Shown here one piece after another: positions 42,601 through 51,165 of a stretch of 64,000 nt of DNA; position 1 is the stretch's first letter, and each line of letters opens with the position of its first letter. The position numbers and the translations under genes are program-made. Origin of the DNA: an uncultured delta proteobacterium (GTDB lineage Bacteria; Myxococcota_A; Polyangia; Polyangiales; Polyangiaceae); assembly GCA_963696385.1 (NCBI GenBank), contig CAVOKF010000007.1, positions 128,001 to 192,000 on the forward strand, in the 5' to 3' direction. Below the pieces are notes generated by a model, which saw only the letters and a list, made by a program, of their open reading frames with translations, ran no database searches and was not told the origin of the DNA.

Positions 42601-42810
42601 CGCCCGGACGGCGGGAGCGAGGGGCTCGCCTCCGCCGGCCCGGTCCGAGATCGCACCGAGAGCCGGCGCCGATGCGGATCGGTGCGCAGGAGGCCCTGCG
42701 CTGAGCATCAACGCGTCCGGCGAGGTGCGCACCGGCCGAGACGTTGCCGGCACGGTTGCGGGCGTGGCGGCGAGCGACGTCAGCGCGGAATGGGCGAGCG
42801 CCGCGGCCAT
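39664..42810 (-). CDS. DUF4157 (eCIS core) effector with C-terminal DNA/RNA non-specific (His-Me) endonuclease domain
   Basis: GEPL..VRARLE..FG, ARAFAHG..IFLG, LLAHEVAHVIQQ; C-terminal YVLGHLLN..LHGPG....NLTPL...GN; AT-rich 3' end. Confidence 0.88.
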   Translation of the reverse strand: MAAALAHSALTSLAATPATVPATSRPVRTSPDALMLSAGPPAHRSASAPALGAISDRAGGGEPLAPAVRARLEATFGVTLGDVRVSSDAKAHKAATAVGARAFAHGRHIFLGPGESPSDVALLAHEVAHVIQQRGAVHAVQRLSRDAADHYEREARQAAAAALQGGPFTVCQRTTDVGIQRFGKDDALDWIANKANDVPGFRMLTVVLGKNPINLRQVDRSAANVLRAVIELLPGGALITQALDAYGILDKVGTWISSQIDSLGLSWSAIKKALSDFIESLHLSDVFNMEGVWNRAVAIFTTPIDQIIAFGKGLVDGILHFVKDAILQPLAELASKSAGWDLLCAVLGKNPITGEAVPRNAETLIGGFMKMIGQEEIWQNIQKGHAVARAWAWFQTALNNLLGFVRQVPTLFLQALKSLEIADLVLVPRAFAKVGAVFGGFAARFITWAGGTIWNLLEIIFDVVAPAVMPYLKKAGGALHTILQNPIAFAGHLVAAAKLGFQQFAANFGTHLKTSLVGWLTGALSGAGIYIPQALSLAEIGKFVLSVLGITWTKIRAMIVKALGPTGETIMKAMETGFDVVVALVKGGPAAAWEVIKDKLGDLKDMVLSAILGFVEEKVVKAAVTKLLSLLSPVGAFIQAIIGIYNTVMFFVERLKQIAAVVAAFIDSIAAIASGAIGAAAARVESTLSGLLTLVISFLARIAGLGGVTDFIVAKIKALQERVEKALETAVQWIVGKANAFFLNLGHSTAGAVAAWWRARKSLTIDDESHELSVAGAPGSAQIMMASKAPGSLRAMLEGQPSSPAIVRALQVVTELEKLIRSQASKSLKDDEAATIKAAIQTKLEVLTGILPSIFGGLLESTAPQFGGLTSHGYATSMLVLRLTKKGPPGSTPSVSNENFDILNLRRNKDGSYYVLGHLLNRLLHGPGNTWNNLTPLSRSGNAQHLIQVEQLVKRKVLDEKKVIRYEVVPRYDRARTAAYAKNSLNPGIRKKADIVDKIIDQEAFVPSAMVCSADEIDTKTGALTPLFSKKAVNNQIDEALETYEVKK

Positions 42811-42822
42811 CGTCGTCCCCGC

Positions 42823-45180
42823 TCAAGCCCCGTTTCCGAGGATGGTACGCCTCCAGGCCGGGTAGACGTTCTTGCCCGCGCCGTTGAAGTGAAGCACCTT
42901 CGCCGGACGGCCGCGCCACGTCGCGCCCTGCCGCCCTCCGAATGCACATGAGATCGCCGGGTCGATGTGAAGTTGCGCGTTGTACGCGCTGTCGAGGGGC
43001 GTGATCGCGCGGGCGCGCGCCAGAGCGATGTTTAGGGCGGCCTTCGTTCGCCACCAGACGTCGCGCCGCGCCGTGACCCAGTCGCGCACGAAAGGCGCGT
43101 CCCGGAGTGTCTCGTCCACCGAGGCGAGCGCCTCGAAGTCCGCGACGAACACGCCGTCGTTCACGACGGTCGGCTCGTCGTCCGTGCCCGGATACGGGGC
43201 GAGCAGCCGATCGGTCTCCGCGGCTGTGGCGAGATAAACGGTTCGCAATCCCTGCCGCAAGTTCGTCACGGGAGTCCGCGTTGCCTCGGGCCCGATGAGC
43301 ACCTGCCCCGCCGGCAGCGCCGCGTGCATCTCGAAGAGCGGAGCGAGCGTATCGAGGACGAGCAAGTCGGCGTCCATACACAGGTATTGCTTCGCTTCGA
43401 CGGCGTGCGTAATCGAGTAAAGCGCGCTCTTGAGCCATGGCCCCGCGCCGCGCACGCTGCCGCACCGCAAGACGGCCGCGCGGTGCCGCGTGGCGATCGC
43501 CTCGCAGCGCGGTGAATGGCCCTCGACGAACACGACCCGCGGCACCTCGGCGATGCCGCCGAAGCGATCGAGCGACGTCAGCGCTCCGTCGAGGTACTCG
43601 ACGCACGACTCGCCGCCGACGAGAGCCACGCACCGCTCGAACCTCAAGGGCGGCGCCGGGCGCACGAACCCCGTGCTGCCCAGGCAATCGATGAGGGACT
43701 GCTCGCGCATGGGCGCTGCTGTGGCAACGGACAAGGCTTGGACGGGCGCGGCAGGGGCCGCCGAAGCCTCGGCAAGGATTGCTCGGTAACGCTGAATCAT
43801 GTCCCCCGGCATGGCCGCGGGTGGCTCGATCCGGGACCACCCGTCGCCCAGAAAAGACCCCGTTTCGAACCGCCACGCGTTCCGACCGTGGCGTATGTAT
43901 ACGAACGTCCCCTCATTGCGGAGCCGTTCGAGGCGTGCCCCGGATCGGAGCATCCCTGTCAACAGCATGGCGTCTTCGGCGATGTTCACGTCCAGGTAGC
44001 GAAGCCCGGCCCCCAGGAGCGACTTGCGATAGGCGAGAGTGCCTCCGTGCACGTTCCCGACAAACATCCGCCTGTGAAGATCGGCGCTGATGGTCCAGAA
44101 ACTCCCGTCCGTCAGGTTCCAGACGTAGCGGTTCTCCATGCCGGTCACGTCCGCACGCCCCGACGCGATGGGCTCGACTTGGACGCGGAGCCGCTCGGAG
44201 CCGAACCAGTCGTCGTCGTCCCAGTGGACGACGACGACGCCACGGGCCTCGGAGCAAGCCAGGTTACGCTTCGTGCCGATCGTAGCTCCTCGCGGCGCGC
44301 GGAAGTAGCGAATGCGCGCGTCGCCCCGGCAGAGATCCTCGACCGCGTCATCTCCGCTGTCGACGACGACGAGCTCTGCGGGCGCGTAATCCTGCGCCTG
44401 AAAATGCTCCACCGCGAGGCTCACATACGCACGGCGGTTGGCCGTCGGCATGATGCAGCTCGCCAAGGGCCGTCCGGGCTGCGGCGCGCTCCGAACCTCG
44501 GGACGAGCGAAATCCGCCCAGTCTGCACCGAGGATCTCGCGGATCCTCTCGATCGGCAGCGGGCGCCACGCCGGACCGCTCGCCACCTTGGGCGTGACGT
44601 TCGCGGGGTGAATACGACCGACGTGAAAGTTTCCGTCGGGCAGCACCACGATGTGTTGCCGGGATCGCGACGCGGCGAACCGGGTATCTTCGCCCACGTC
44701 ACAGTCCGGGAAGGGATCCTTCGCCCACGCCGCACGCCGGTACATCATCGAGCTGCCCCCGACCCAGGGGGCCCCGCCCATGTACACGAACTCCCAGGCG
44801 CGCCCCTCCTCGGGGTTGCAGAAGAGAAGTCGCGTGATCCCACAGAGGTCCGCCGTGCTCGCGAGCAACGCTTGCGCCTGGACTTGGAGCCGATCGGGCG
44901 CGTGCCAGTCGTCGTCGTCCCAGTGTGCGACGATCTCGCCGCGCGCGCGCTCGCACGCGAGGTTGCGCTTCTTTCCGATGCTGGCGCGAGTGTCGAGACG
45001 CACGTAGACGATCTGCGGATCGTCCGGAATAAGGTCTCGCACGCAATCCGAGCCGTCGTCGACGACGATGAGCTCCTTGTCCGGCCAGCCCTGCCGACGA
45101 AAGTGATCGATCGCCGTCGGGACAAACCGGCGGCGATTGAACGTCGGCATGATGCAGGAGACAACGGAGGCAGAATCCAT
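42823..45180 (-). CDS. Three-domain glycosyltransferase (GT2-GT2-GT8-like)
   Basis: Two copies of SCIMPT.NRR / ELxVVD / IG.KRNLAC / HWDDDDW; third domain YLCMDADLLVL, VNDGVF, YN, VLHFNG.GK. Confidence 0.9.
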   Translation of the reverse strand: MDSASVVSCIMPTFNRRRFVPTAIDHFRRQGWPDKELIVVDDGSDCVRDLIPDDPQIVYVRLDTRASIGKKRNLACERARGEIVAHWDDDDWHAPDRLQVQAQALLASTADLCGITRLLFCNPEEGRAWEFVYMGGAPWVGGSSMMYRRAAWAKDPFPDCDVGEDTRFAASRSRQHIVVLPDGNFHVGRIHPANVTPKVASGPAWRPLPIERIREILGADWADFARPEVRSAPQPGRPLASCIMPTANRRAYVSLAVEHFQAQDYAPAELVVVDSGDDAVEDLCRGDARIRYFRAPRGATIGTKRNLACSEARGVVVVHWDDDDWFGSERLRVQVEPIASGRADVTGMENRYVWNLTDGSFWTISADLHRRMFVGNVHGGTLAYRKSLLGAGLRYLDVNIAEDAMLLTGMLRSGARLERLRNEGTFVYIRHGRNAWRFETGSFLGDGWSRIEPPAAMPGDMIQRYRAILAEASAAPAAPVQALSVATAAPMREQSLIDCLGSTGFVRPAPPLRFERCVALVGGESCVEYLDGALTSLDRFGGIAEVPRVVFVEGHSPRCEAIATRHRAAVLRCGSVRGAGPWLKSALYSITHAVEAKQYLCMDADLLVLDTLAPLFEMHAALPAGQVLIGPEATRTPVTNLRQGLRTVYLATAAETDRLLAPYPGTDDEPTVVNDGVFVADFEALASVDETLRDAPFVRDWVTARRDVWWRTKAALNIALARARAITPLDSAYNAQLHIDPAISCAFGGRQGATWRGRPAKVLHFNGAGKNVYPAWRRTILGNGA

Positions 45181-45195
45181 GCGCTTGCTCCCGGG

Positions 45196-47565
45196 TCAGC
45201 GCGAGCACCCGCGCGCCTTGCGGAGGGCCAAGAGCAATGAGAGCGCCACGAGACCGGCCCCCGCCGCCAACGTGCTCACTGCGCCACTGCGCCCAGGAAC
45301 ATCGCAGTTGCAATTGGTGGGTTTGGGCGCAGACACGACCTGGTCCTGCGCGGTCACTTGTGTTTGGACAGACACCGCGCCGTTGCCCGGGATGGTTACC
45401 TGGTACGAAGCGAAATCAGCCTGGGCGCCATTAGCCTGTTTCGGAATCGAGTAAGCCGCCGCAGAAATCGGTTTGAGCTGAGCCGGCTGGATGCTGACTG
45501 GCGCAACCACAAAGTCTCTGGGGGCTTCCGTTGTGACTGGCGCAGCCCCGGCGGGTAGGCCCGCTATCGCCACGTTCTGCCCAAGCACGGGCAGGCTGGC
45601 GATGGTGGTCACTCCCGGCGTGATGCCGGTCTTCTGCCAGTTGACCGCGATAGTCTCGGTCGGCGACGACGGCGCGGTAATGATTGCGTGGCGGGCGATG
45701 AGATAATAATCCCCCCACGGGACGTAAACTTCTTTCTTGACGCCGTGTAACGGCACGGTTTTCCCGGTATCCAACCATCCGACGACATGCGTCTTCATTG
45801 TCTCGTATGGGTTCGCAGCACCCGGCTGCACGCTGGTCACGCGCACGATTTGCGGCGGCGGCTGCAGATATTGAGGCAGGAAGGCCGTGTCGAGTGCCGC
45901 AGGGAAGGTTTGCGTGAAGCCTGTCAGCTCGAACACGTGATTTCCGGCACCAAGCCCGTTCGCGCTCACGATCGCGGAGTAAGTCGCACTGGACGCGGCG
46001 GTCCACCACGCGTTGACTTGAGCGCTCTGCGCAATCACCGGCACCGCTCCGCTGTCGCCGAAAATGTCCGCCCCCAGACAATAATGGCCTACGCTCGCTC
46101 CGGCGGCGATATCGTTGCAGGCCGTTTGCTCGGACAACTCGAAGTTGTACGCCGCCGTCGCGCTGCTGGGGCTTGCGGCGCTCCCTGCGTTCAGCAATAG
46201 CGGCGGGGAAGGATTCTGATTTGCAGAGTTTGAAACCGGGGCGTTGCTTGGGCTCGGCAGTACCCCGGTGCCACTCTGCAATTGCGCCCACTCGTTGCCG
46301 ACGATGCCGAAATTCGAGATCCGAAAACGCACGCTGACCCCCGGCACCGATGAGCTATATGTATTGTGAACCGTGGCCTGAAAGGTGTTGACGGCACTCG
46401 GATCGGTAACGGTTGTGGGAAGCGACGAGCATGCACTCCCAGTAGGAAACTTCGGGTACAATAACGGTGCCCCGTTCTGCCCGACCACATTGTTGATCAC
46501 GATGTCGTTTTGCGTGATGTAGAGCCCCCCTCCGCACGTGGTGCTGAGGTTCACAGCCGTGCCGATGTTGAGAGTCCCCCAGGATGAACCTGTCGATGGA
46601 AATATTTGTTCGATGTTCGTCGCGCTGTTACTCCCGAGAATTGGATCACTCTGTGGCCATTCGAGCTCCGTCACGCCAGTGCCACTGCCCGGGGGCGCTT
46701 GGTCCTGCCCCAAATCTGTCATAATACCAAAATAGAGCTGCAAATTTCCGGACGCCGGGGCGGTCCAGCTCGGTGTGCCCGATCCATTGATCGGAATGGC
46801 CATTTCGAACGACCATAGATATGTGCCGATCGCGTACGCGAAGCCTCCACCGTTGCTTGATGGATTGGTTGATGAATTGAAGACCCATGACGTACTCGGA
46901 ATCGCGGAGTTGATGCTCCAAGTGCCAGGGTAACTATTGAAAGCTGCTGAGGTGAAAGTCGCCGTCTGATACGAAGCATATTGCATATTCTGGCAGTTCA
47001 CGCCGGAGGGACATTGATTGCCACTTAGCGTTCCTTGGCCAATCGGATTTTGAAGAAACAGCGCATTTGATGGCGGTGCGGCAGATTGCGCTTGACCCTG
47101 AACGAACGGCTGAATAACGAACGCGAGGCCCGACGGGCTTCCGGAATTGCTTACTCCGATCACAATTGTATTGTATAGAGCGGGCGGTAGCCCTGCCGAT
47201 GAGACAATTCCGCCGACGTAAAGAATTGTCGAGGACGGGTTGGTGCCGAGAAGGAGCCAACCCAAGGGTGTCGTCATTCCGCCAGCGCCCAGCGGAATGC
47301 GCGTCCCTGTACCCCACCCGGGGTCGGGTACATTTGTCGCATCGTAGGGGGCAGCGCTCGGAAGACCGCTACCCTGTATAGTGGCGGCGACCCATCCGAA
47401 TGCGGGATCCGGGTCGATGACCCCGTCGATGAAAGGCGGCTGTTGGTGGACAGTTTGAGCGACCGGTGCGCACGTCGTCTGTGCGCGCGCCAAGGCGGGA
47501 GTAAGGACCACGCCGAGACTCAGGCAAAATGCTAACAGTCGCAACTGCATGTTATTGGACTGCAT
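45196..47565 (-). CDS. Secreted surface protein with MYXO-CTERM-like tail and possible CBM9/DOMON-like N-terminal domain
   Basis: Signal peptide (ARA-QT), PFIDGVID, WSFEMAIP; tail CNCDVPG + TM + RKAR; lower GC. Confidence 0.75.
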   Translation of the reverse strand: MQSNNMQLRLLAFCLSLGVVLTPALARAQTTCAPVAQTVHQQPPFIDGVIDPDPAFGWVAATIQGSGLPSAAPYDATNVPDPGWGTGTRIPLGAGGMTTPLGWLLLGTNPSSTILYVGGIVSSAGLPPALYNTIVIGVSNSGSPSGLAFVIQPFVQGQAQSAAPPSNALFLQNPIGQGTLSGNQCPSGVNCQNMQYASYQTATFTSAAFNSYPGTWSINSAIPSTSWVFNSSTNPSSNGGGFAYAIGTYLWSFEMAIPINGSGTPSWTAPASGNLQLYFGIMTDLGQDQAPPGSGTGVTELEWPQSDPILGSNSATNIEQIFPSTGSSWGTLNIGTAVNLSTTCGGGLYITQNDIVINNVVGQNGAPLLYPKFPTGSACSSLPTTVTDPSAVNTFQATVHNTYSSSVPGVSVRFRISNFGIVGNEWAQLQSGTGVLPSPSNAPVSNSANQNPSPPLLLNAGSAASPSSATAAYNFELSEQTACNDIAAGASVGHYCLGADIFGDSGAVPVIAQSAQVNAWWTAASSATYSAIVSANGLGAGNHVFELTGFTQTFPAALDTAFLPQYLQPPPQIVRVTSVQPGAANPYETMKTHVVGWLDTGKTVPLHGVKKEVYVPWGDYYLIARHAIITAPSSPTETIAVNWQKTGITPGVTTIASLPVLGQNVAIAGLPAGAAPVTTEAPRDFVVAPVSIQPAQLKPISAAAYSIPKQANGAQADFASYQVTIPGNGAVSVQTQVTAQDQVVSAPKPTNCNCDVPGRSGAVSTLAAGAGLVALSLLLALRKARGCSR

Positions 47566-47616
47566 ATGATGTCTTCCTTTCGAGCGTAATTAAAATGGCA
47601 AATATCGTGCGATCGC

Positions 47617-48834
47617 CTAGGGCGCGATGTTCACGGTGATGGACACCGGAGGATCGCCTGCGTCGTCCGTGATCTGCACGTTCAACGTGCTTGGTCCGGC
47701 GCCTGACTGCGCCTGCACGCGGACCGCTTGGGTTAGGGGACCATAGCCCGATCCGCTTGCGGGGAGATTGGCTGAAGTGACCGACTGCGGAGCCAGGGCG
47801 TAGCTCGTTGCGCCTGAAGCGGCCGCGGGAAAAGTGTAGTTACTGCTGGCAAGCACGAATGTGGTCGTGTAGGTCGCCGCCTTGAAGAACGTCACGTCGA
47901 GAGTGACAATCGTTCCGCCTGCAGCCGCAGATATATCGACGGCGCCGGTCGAATCGACCTGGGTGGCGAGTGATACGACGGCGACGGCCAGGGGGGGGAT
48001 GGATTGGCCAATGGTGATCGGCAGTATCAAAGGGGGGGCCGGCGTGACCGTCCCGCCCGGTGTCACCTCTTGAGCATTCAGCGTGAGTGTGGCTGTACCG
48101 CCCGACACGTTCGGGGGAGTCACCGTCACCGTCAGAGATGTCATCGATCCGGAAGTGTTTGACCCGGGAGCGGGCACGGCAAAAGTTAACTGGCTTCCGC
48201 CCGAGACCTGCTGGCCGCCTTGGATGGCGGCGGTCCATGCGGAGTTCGACATCGTCGCGGTCACCAGGTAATTCCCCGCCTCAAACACGTGAGCCACCAT
48301 TGTGAATCCGAACGCGTAGGGAACCGCGGGATGAATGAGATCGTCCGATGGAGTCGCAGCGGGCGGCCGGACGGAATAACTCAGGTTCAGGGAGCCGCTC
48401 GGATAGACTACTTGGGGGGCGACCGTGAGAAGCCAGACCGCACTGCTTCCAGCCGCATTCGTAATCGTCATCAGCATGGCCGTTCCGGTCGCGGAGAGCT
48501 GCACGCTGGGCGGAAACTGCGGGATCGCGAAGATCAACGTCCCAGGTCCGCTGCCCGGCTCGAAGACACCGACCTGGTAGCCGCCGATGGTCACAGTGTT
48601 GGCGGACGCCGGTGTGGTGAAATTCGCACCGGTCACCGTCACCGTGTCGAGAATATTAAGCAATCCGGTAGGCGTCACGGAATTGATGACGAGCTGACTC
48701 GCCGCGGCTGCGCTCTGACCCGCAAGCAGGGTCACCCTTCGGTCGAGGTCATTGATCGCCGCTACCAGCCTGTCGATGTACGACGCCTGAATGAGATCTC
48801 CGGGGTTCACATTCGCAATGTTGTAGGTTCCCAT
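47617..48834 (-). CDS. IPT/TIG (Ig-like) domain protein
   Basis: VNPGDLIQA + short coiled coil; INSVTP...TVTVTGANF....NTVTIGG. Confidence 0.75.
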   Translation of the reverse strand: MGTYNIANVNPGDLIQASYIDRLVAAINDLDRRVTLLAGQSAAAASQLVINSVTPTGLLNILDTVTVTGANFTTPASANTVTIGGYQVGVFEPGSGPGTLIFAIPQFPPSVQLSATGTAMLMTITNAAGSSAVWLLTVAPQVVYPSGSLNLSYSVRPPAATPSDDLIHPAVPYAFGFTMVAHVFEAGNYLVTATMSNSAWTAAIQGGQQVSGGSQLTFAVPAPGSNTSGSMTSLTVTVTPPNVSGGTATLTLNAQEVTPGGTVTPAPPLILPITIGQSIPPLAVAVVSLATQVDSTGAVDISAAAGGTIVTLDVTFFKAATYTTTFVLASSNYTFPAAASGATSYALAPQSVTSANLPASGSGYGPLTQAVRVQAQSGAGPSTLNVQITDDAGDPPVSITVNIAP

Positions 48835-48872
48835 GCGCGGCTCTCCTCATCGACTGACTGGACTCGTCGTTC

Positions 48873-51155
48873 TCATTCGAAATGAAAGGCCAAAAATCGC
48901 CCCGCCGCGGGCACCCACCCGGGGTCGCGATCGAGGCCGGCGAGGCGCACCTCGATCGGCAGATCGGCTAGCGCCATGTGGACATCCACGTGCGTGTCCG
49001 TCGTGCGGACCCGTGCCGGGAGGCGCAAGAGCAGGCGGGCGCTCGCATCCGGGTCGCTCGCGCCGAGGGCCCTGTGCACGCGCGCTCGAAGAAAGCCCGC
49101 GAGGGAGTCCAACCAGCCGGTCCCTTCGGGGCTCCCGGCCCCTGCCTCCAACACGTCCGCTGCGCCGTAAGGCGCGAGCTCGCGTTCCCGCTGAGCGGCG
49201 ATGTCCCCTTCGCGCGCCACATCGACCGCGATGAACCCCACGGGATGCAGGATCCGCAAGCGCCCGTCCGTCGCATGCCACGTCCACCCATGGCGGTCCG
49301 GAAAGGGCTTGAGCCATGCCGGGTTCACCCGCCACGCATCGGGCCACGCTTCCCTTGCCTCTTGGGGACCGGCCAGCTCGTCGAGCAGGCCCCAGATGGC
49401 GTCGGCGGCATCGGGCTCGTCACCGAGGAGCCTACGCGCAAGCTCTGCGAGGACCCTCCAGGGCGACGCGCTCAAGGTGCGAGACCGCGGACGGGTGAAG
49501 TCGCCGTAGATCTCGAGGACCAGCAGCGCGTTGATCAGAAAGAGGACGCCGCCATGACGTGTCGAGATCCAGCGATCGAGCGCCGGGACGCCCCCGGCGT
49601 GCTCTCGCGCGGCGGGCGCCGTCTGGACCCCGGCGGAAGGGGACGGGGCGCCGACCGGCGGCACGCCGGGGCGAACGGCCGGCGGCGCGATCGATCGATC
49701 CACGTCCGCCGGGGTCGCCGTGCGATGGAGCGTCGCCGGGACGTCGCGTCCGCGATCCGAAGGCCAAGCGACTGGATGTTGAGCCTCCGCCGGATCGCCT
49801 CGAGCGTCCCGGACTTGCGTCACGGGCCCCGGGGTCGTGACCGTCGTGGGGGATTCCGCGGCGGAGGCCGCCGCCGGGGCGCCTGCGGCGTGCCCAGCCT
49901 CGGTAGGCCCACCCTCGGTCGGTCCGACCTCGGTCGCGAGAACCGCCGTTCGGGTGGCCGCGGAAGATGGATCCGTCCGTTCTGGACTGCGCGACGGGGG
50001 CGCAGCCGGATCGCGGGCCACGTGGACGACGGGCACGTCGGAGGCGGCGTCGTTCGAATCACGCCCGTCTTGTGCCGCTTGCGAAGGGTGTCGGACTGGC
50101 TGGGCCGTTCCCTGGGTCCGTGCGACGGCCCCATGTGCCAGGTCACCGATTGGGATCGACGGCTCCATCCGGTCTCGCGCGTGCGAAGCTCTCTTCGCCG
50201 ATGCAGCGACGGATGACCCGGCGACGGCGTCTTCGCCTCGCCCGACGGATCCCGCGGGGCCATCGAGCTCCGTCCGGACCGCCGAAAGCGCTTCGGGTCC
50301 GCTCGCGGCCCATGCCTGGATCGCCGCGACGACGTCGCGATCGCGCGCAACCGAGGGGGCCCGGGCGAGAGCGAGGCTCAGGACGACCAGCGCGCGCGCC
50401 GGCGCGTGCAGGTCCGCGCTTGCGGCCTCGGGCGCCCAGCGGGCCCATTTCGCTCGCGCCGCCGATCGATTCGCGTCTCTCTCGGCGCGCGATGGCGTCG
50501 TCTCGAGGGGCGCCGCGCCGGTTGACTCGCGTGGGGCCAGATGGATCCCGAACGACTCCGCGACGCTCGCGACGAGATCGCGCGCCTCTACCTCGTCGAG
50601 CGCGGCGGCAAACGCCACAAGCGCGCCGCGATCGGCGAGCCGACGCGCTGCCGCGGGCACGTAGCGCGGCTCGAGTCTCCATTGCGCGGGCGCGACACGG
50701 ATCGTGGCCGCGGGCCATCGGACCAGGTGGCGCCACCACCAGAGGGCGCCGATCTCCCCTCGCGTCCAGTCCCTTGCCAGGCAAGCGAGAAGCTCGGATC
50801 GGTCGTGAAAGATCACGGCCGTCGCGCCCGCGGGCACGCTCCCCTCGAGGGGCCGCGCCGCGGACCGCGCCTCGCGCTCGAGCGCCCGCGCAAGCGCCGC
50901 TTGCCACGCGCTCGACACCCCGGCCTGCCGGTCGAGCCGAAGCGCCTCCGGCAGCGGGTCACGCATCGATCGGATGCAAAGGATGGCGGTGGGCGGTAGA
51001 CCCGCGACGTGAAGCGCCTCACCGGACAGCACGCTCTCGAGCCGCGCCCGCGCGGTGTTCGCGTCGAGGCGACTCGCCGATCGGACGCGCAGCCGCCCGA
51101 CGATCGATCGATCGTCGAGTGCCCCCACGGGGGTGGCTGCTGACCTGCCGTTCAT
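48873..51155 (-). CDS. Putative eCIS tape-measure-like protein
   Basis: Long Ala/Pro-rich middle; C-terminal GGVLFL...HVDVHM....IEVRLAGLDRDPGWVP..GR...FHFE; operon position. Confidence 0.65.
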   Translation of the reverse strand: MNGRSAATPVGALDDRSIVGRLRVRSASRLDANTARARLESVLSGEALHVAGLPPTAILCIRSMRDPLPEALRLDRQAGVSSAWQAALARALEREARSAARPLEGSVPAGATAVIFHDRSELLACLARDWTRGEIGALWWWRHLVRWPAATIRVAPAQWRLEPRYVPAAARRLADRGALVAFAAALDEVEARDLVASVAESFGIHLAPRESTGAAPLETTPSRAERDANRSAARAKWARWAPEAASADLHAPARALVVLSLALARAPSVARDRDVVAAIQAWAASGPEALSAVRTELDGPAGSVGRGEDAVAGSSVAASAKRASHARDRMEPSIPIGDLAHGAVARTQGTAQPVRHPSQAAQDGRDSNDAASDVPVVHVARDPAAPPSRSPERTDPSSAATRTAVLATEVGPTEGGPTEAGHAAGAPAAASAAESPTTVTTPGPVTQVRDARGDPAEAQHPVAWPSDRGRDVPATLHRTATPADVDRSIAPPAVRPGVPPVGAPSPSAGVQTAPAAREHAGGVPALDRWISTRHGGVLFLINALLVLEIYGDFTRPRSRTLSASPWRVLAELARRLLGDEPDAADAIWGLLDELAGPQEAREAWPDAWRVNPAWLKPFPDRHGWTWHATDGRLRILHPVGFIAVDVAREGDIAAQRERELAPYGAADVLEAGAGSPEGTGWLDSLAGFLRARVHRALGASDPDASARLLLRLPARVRTTDTHVDVHMALADLPIEVRLAGLDRDPGWVPAAGRFLAFHFE

Positions 51156-51165
51156 GCCATTTCTC

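Noticed and set aside
40640..43876. 1078-aa alternative-frame ORF (likewise 127..1395, 51205..53244, 56770..58995, 31600..33342)
   Set aside because: Arg/Gly/Pro-rich shadow ORFs overlapping well-supported genes, as expected at high GC.
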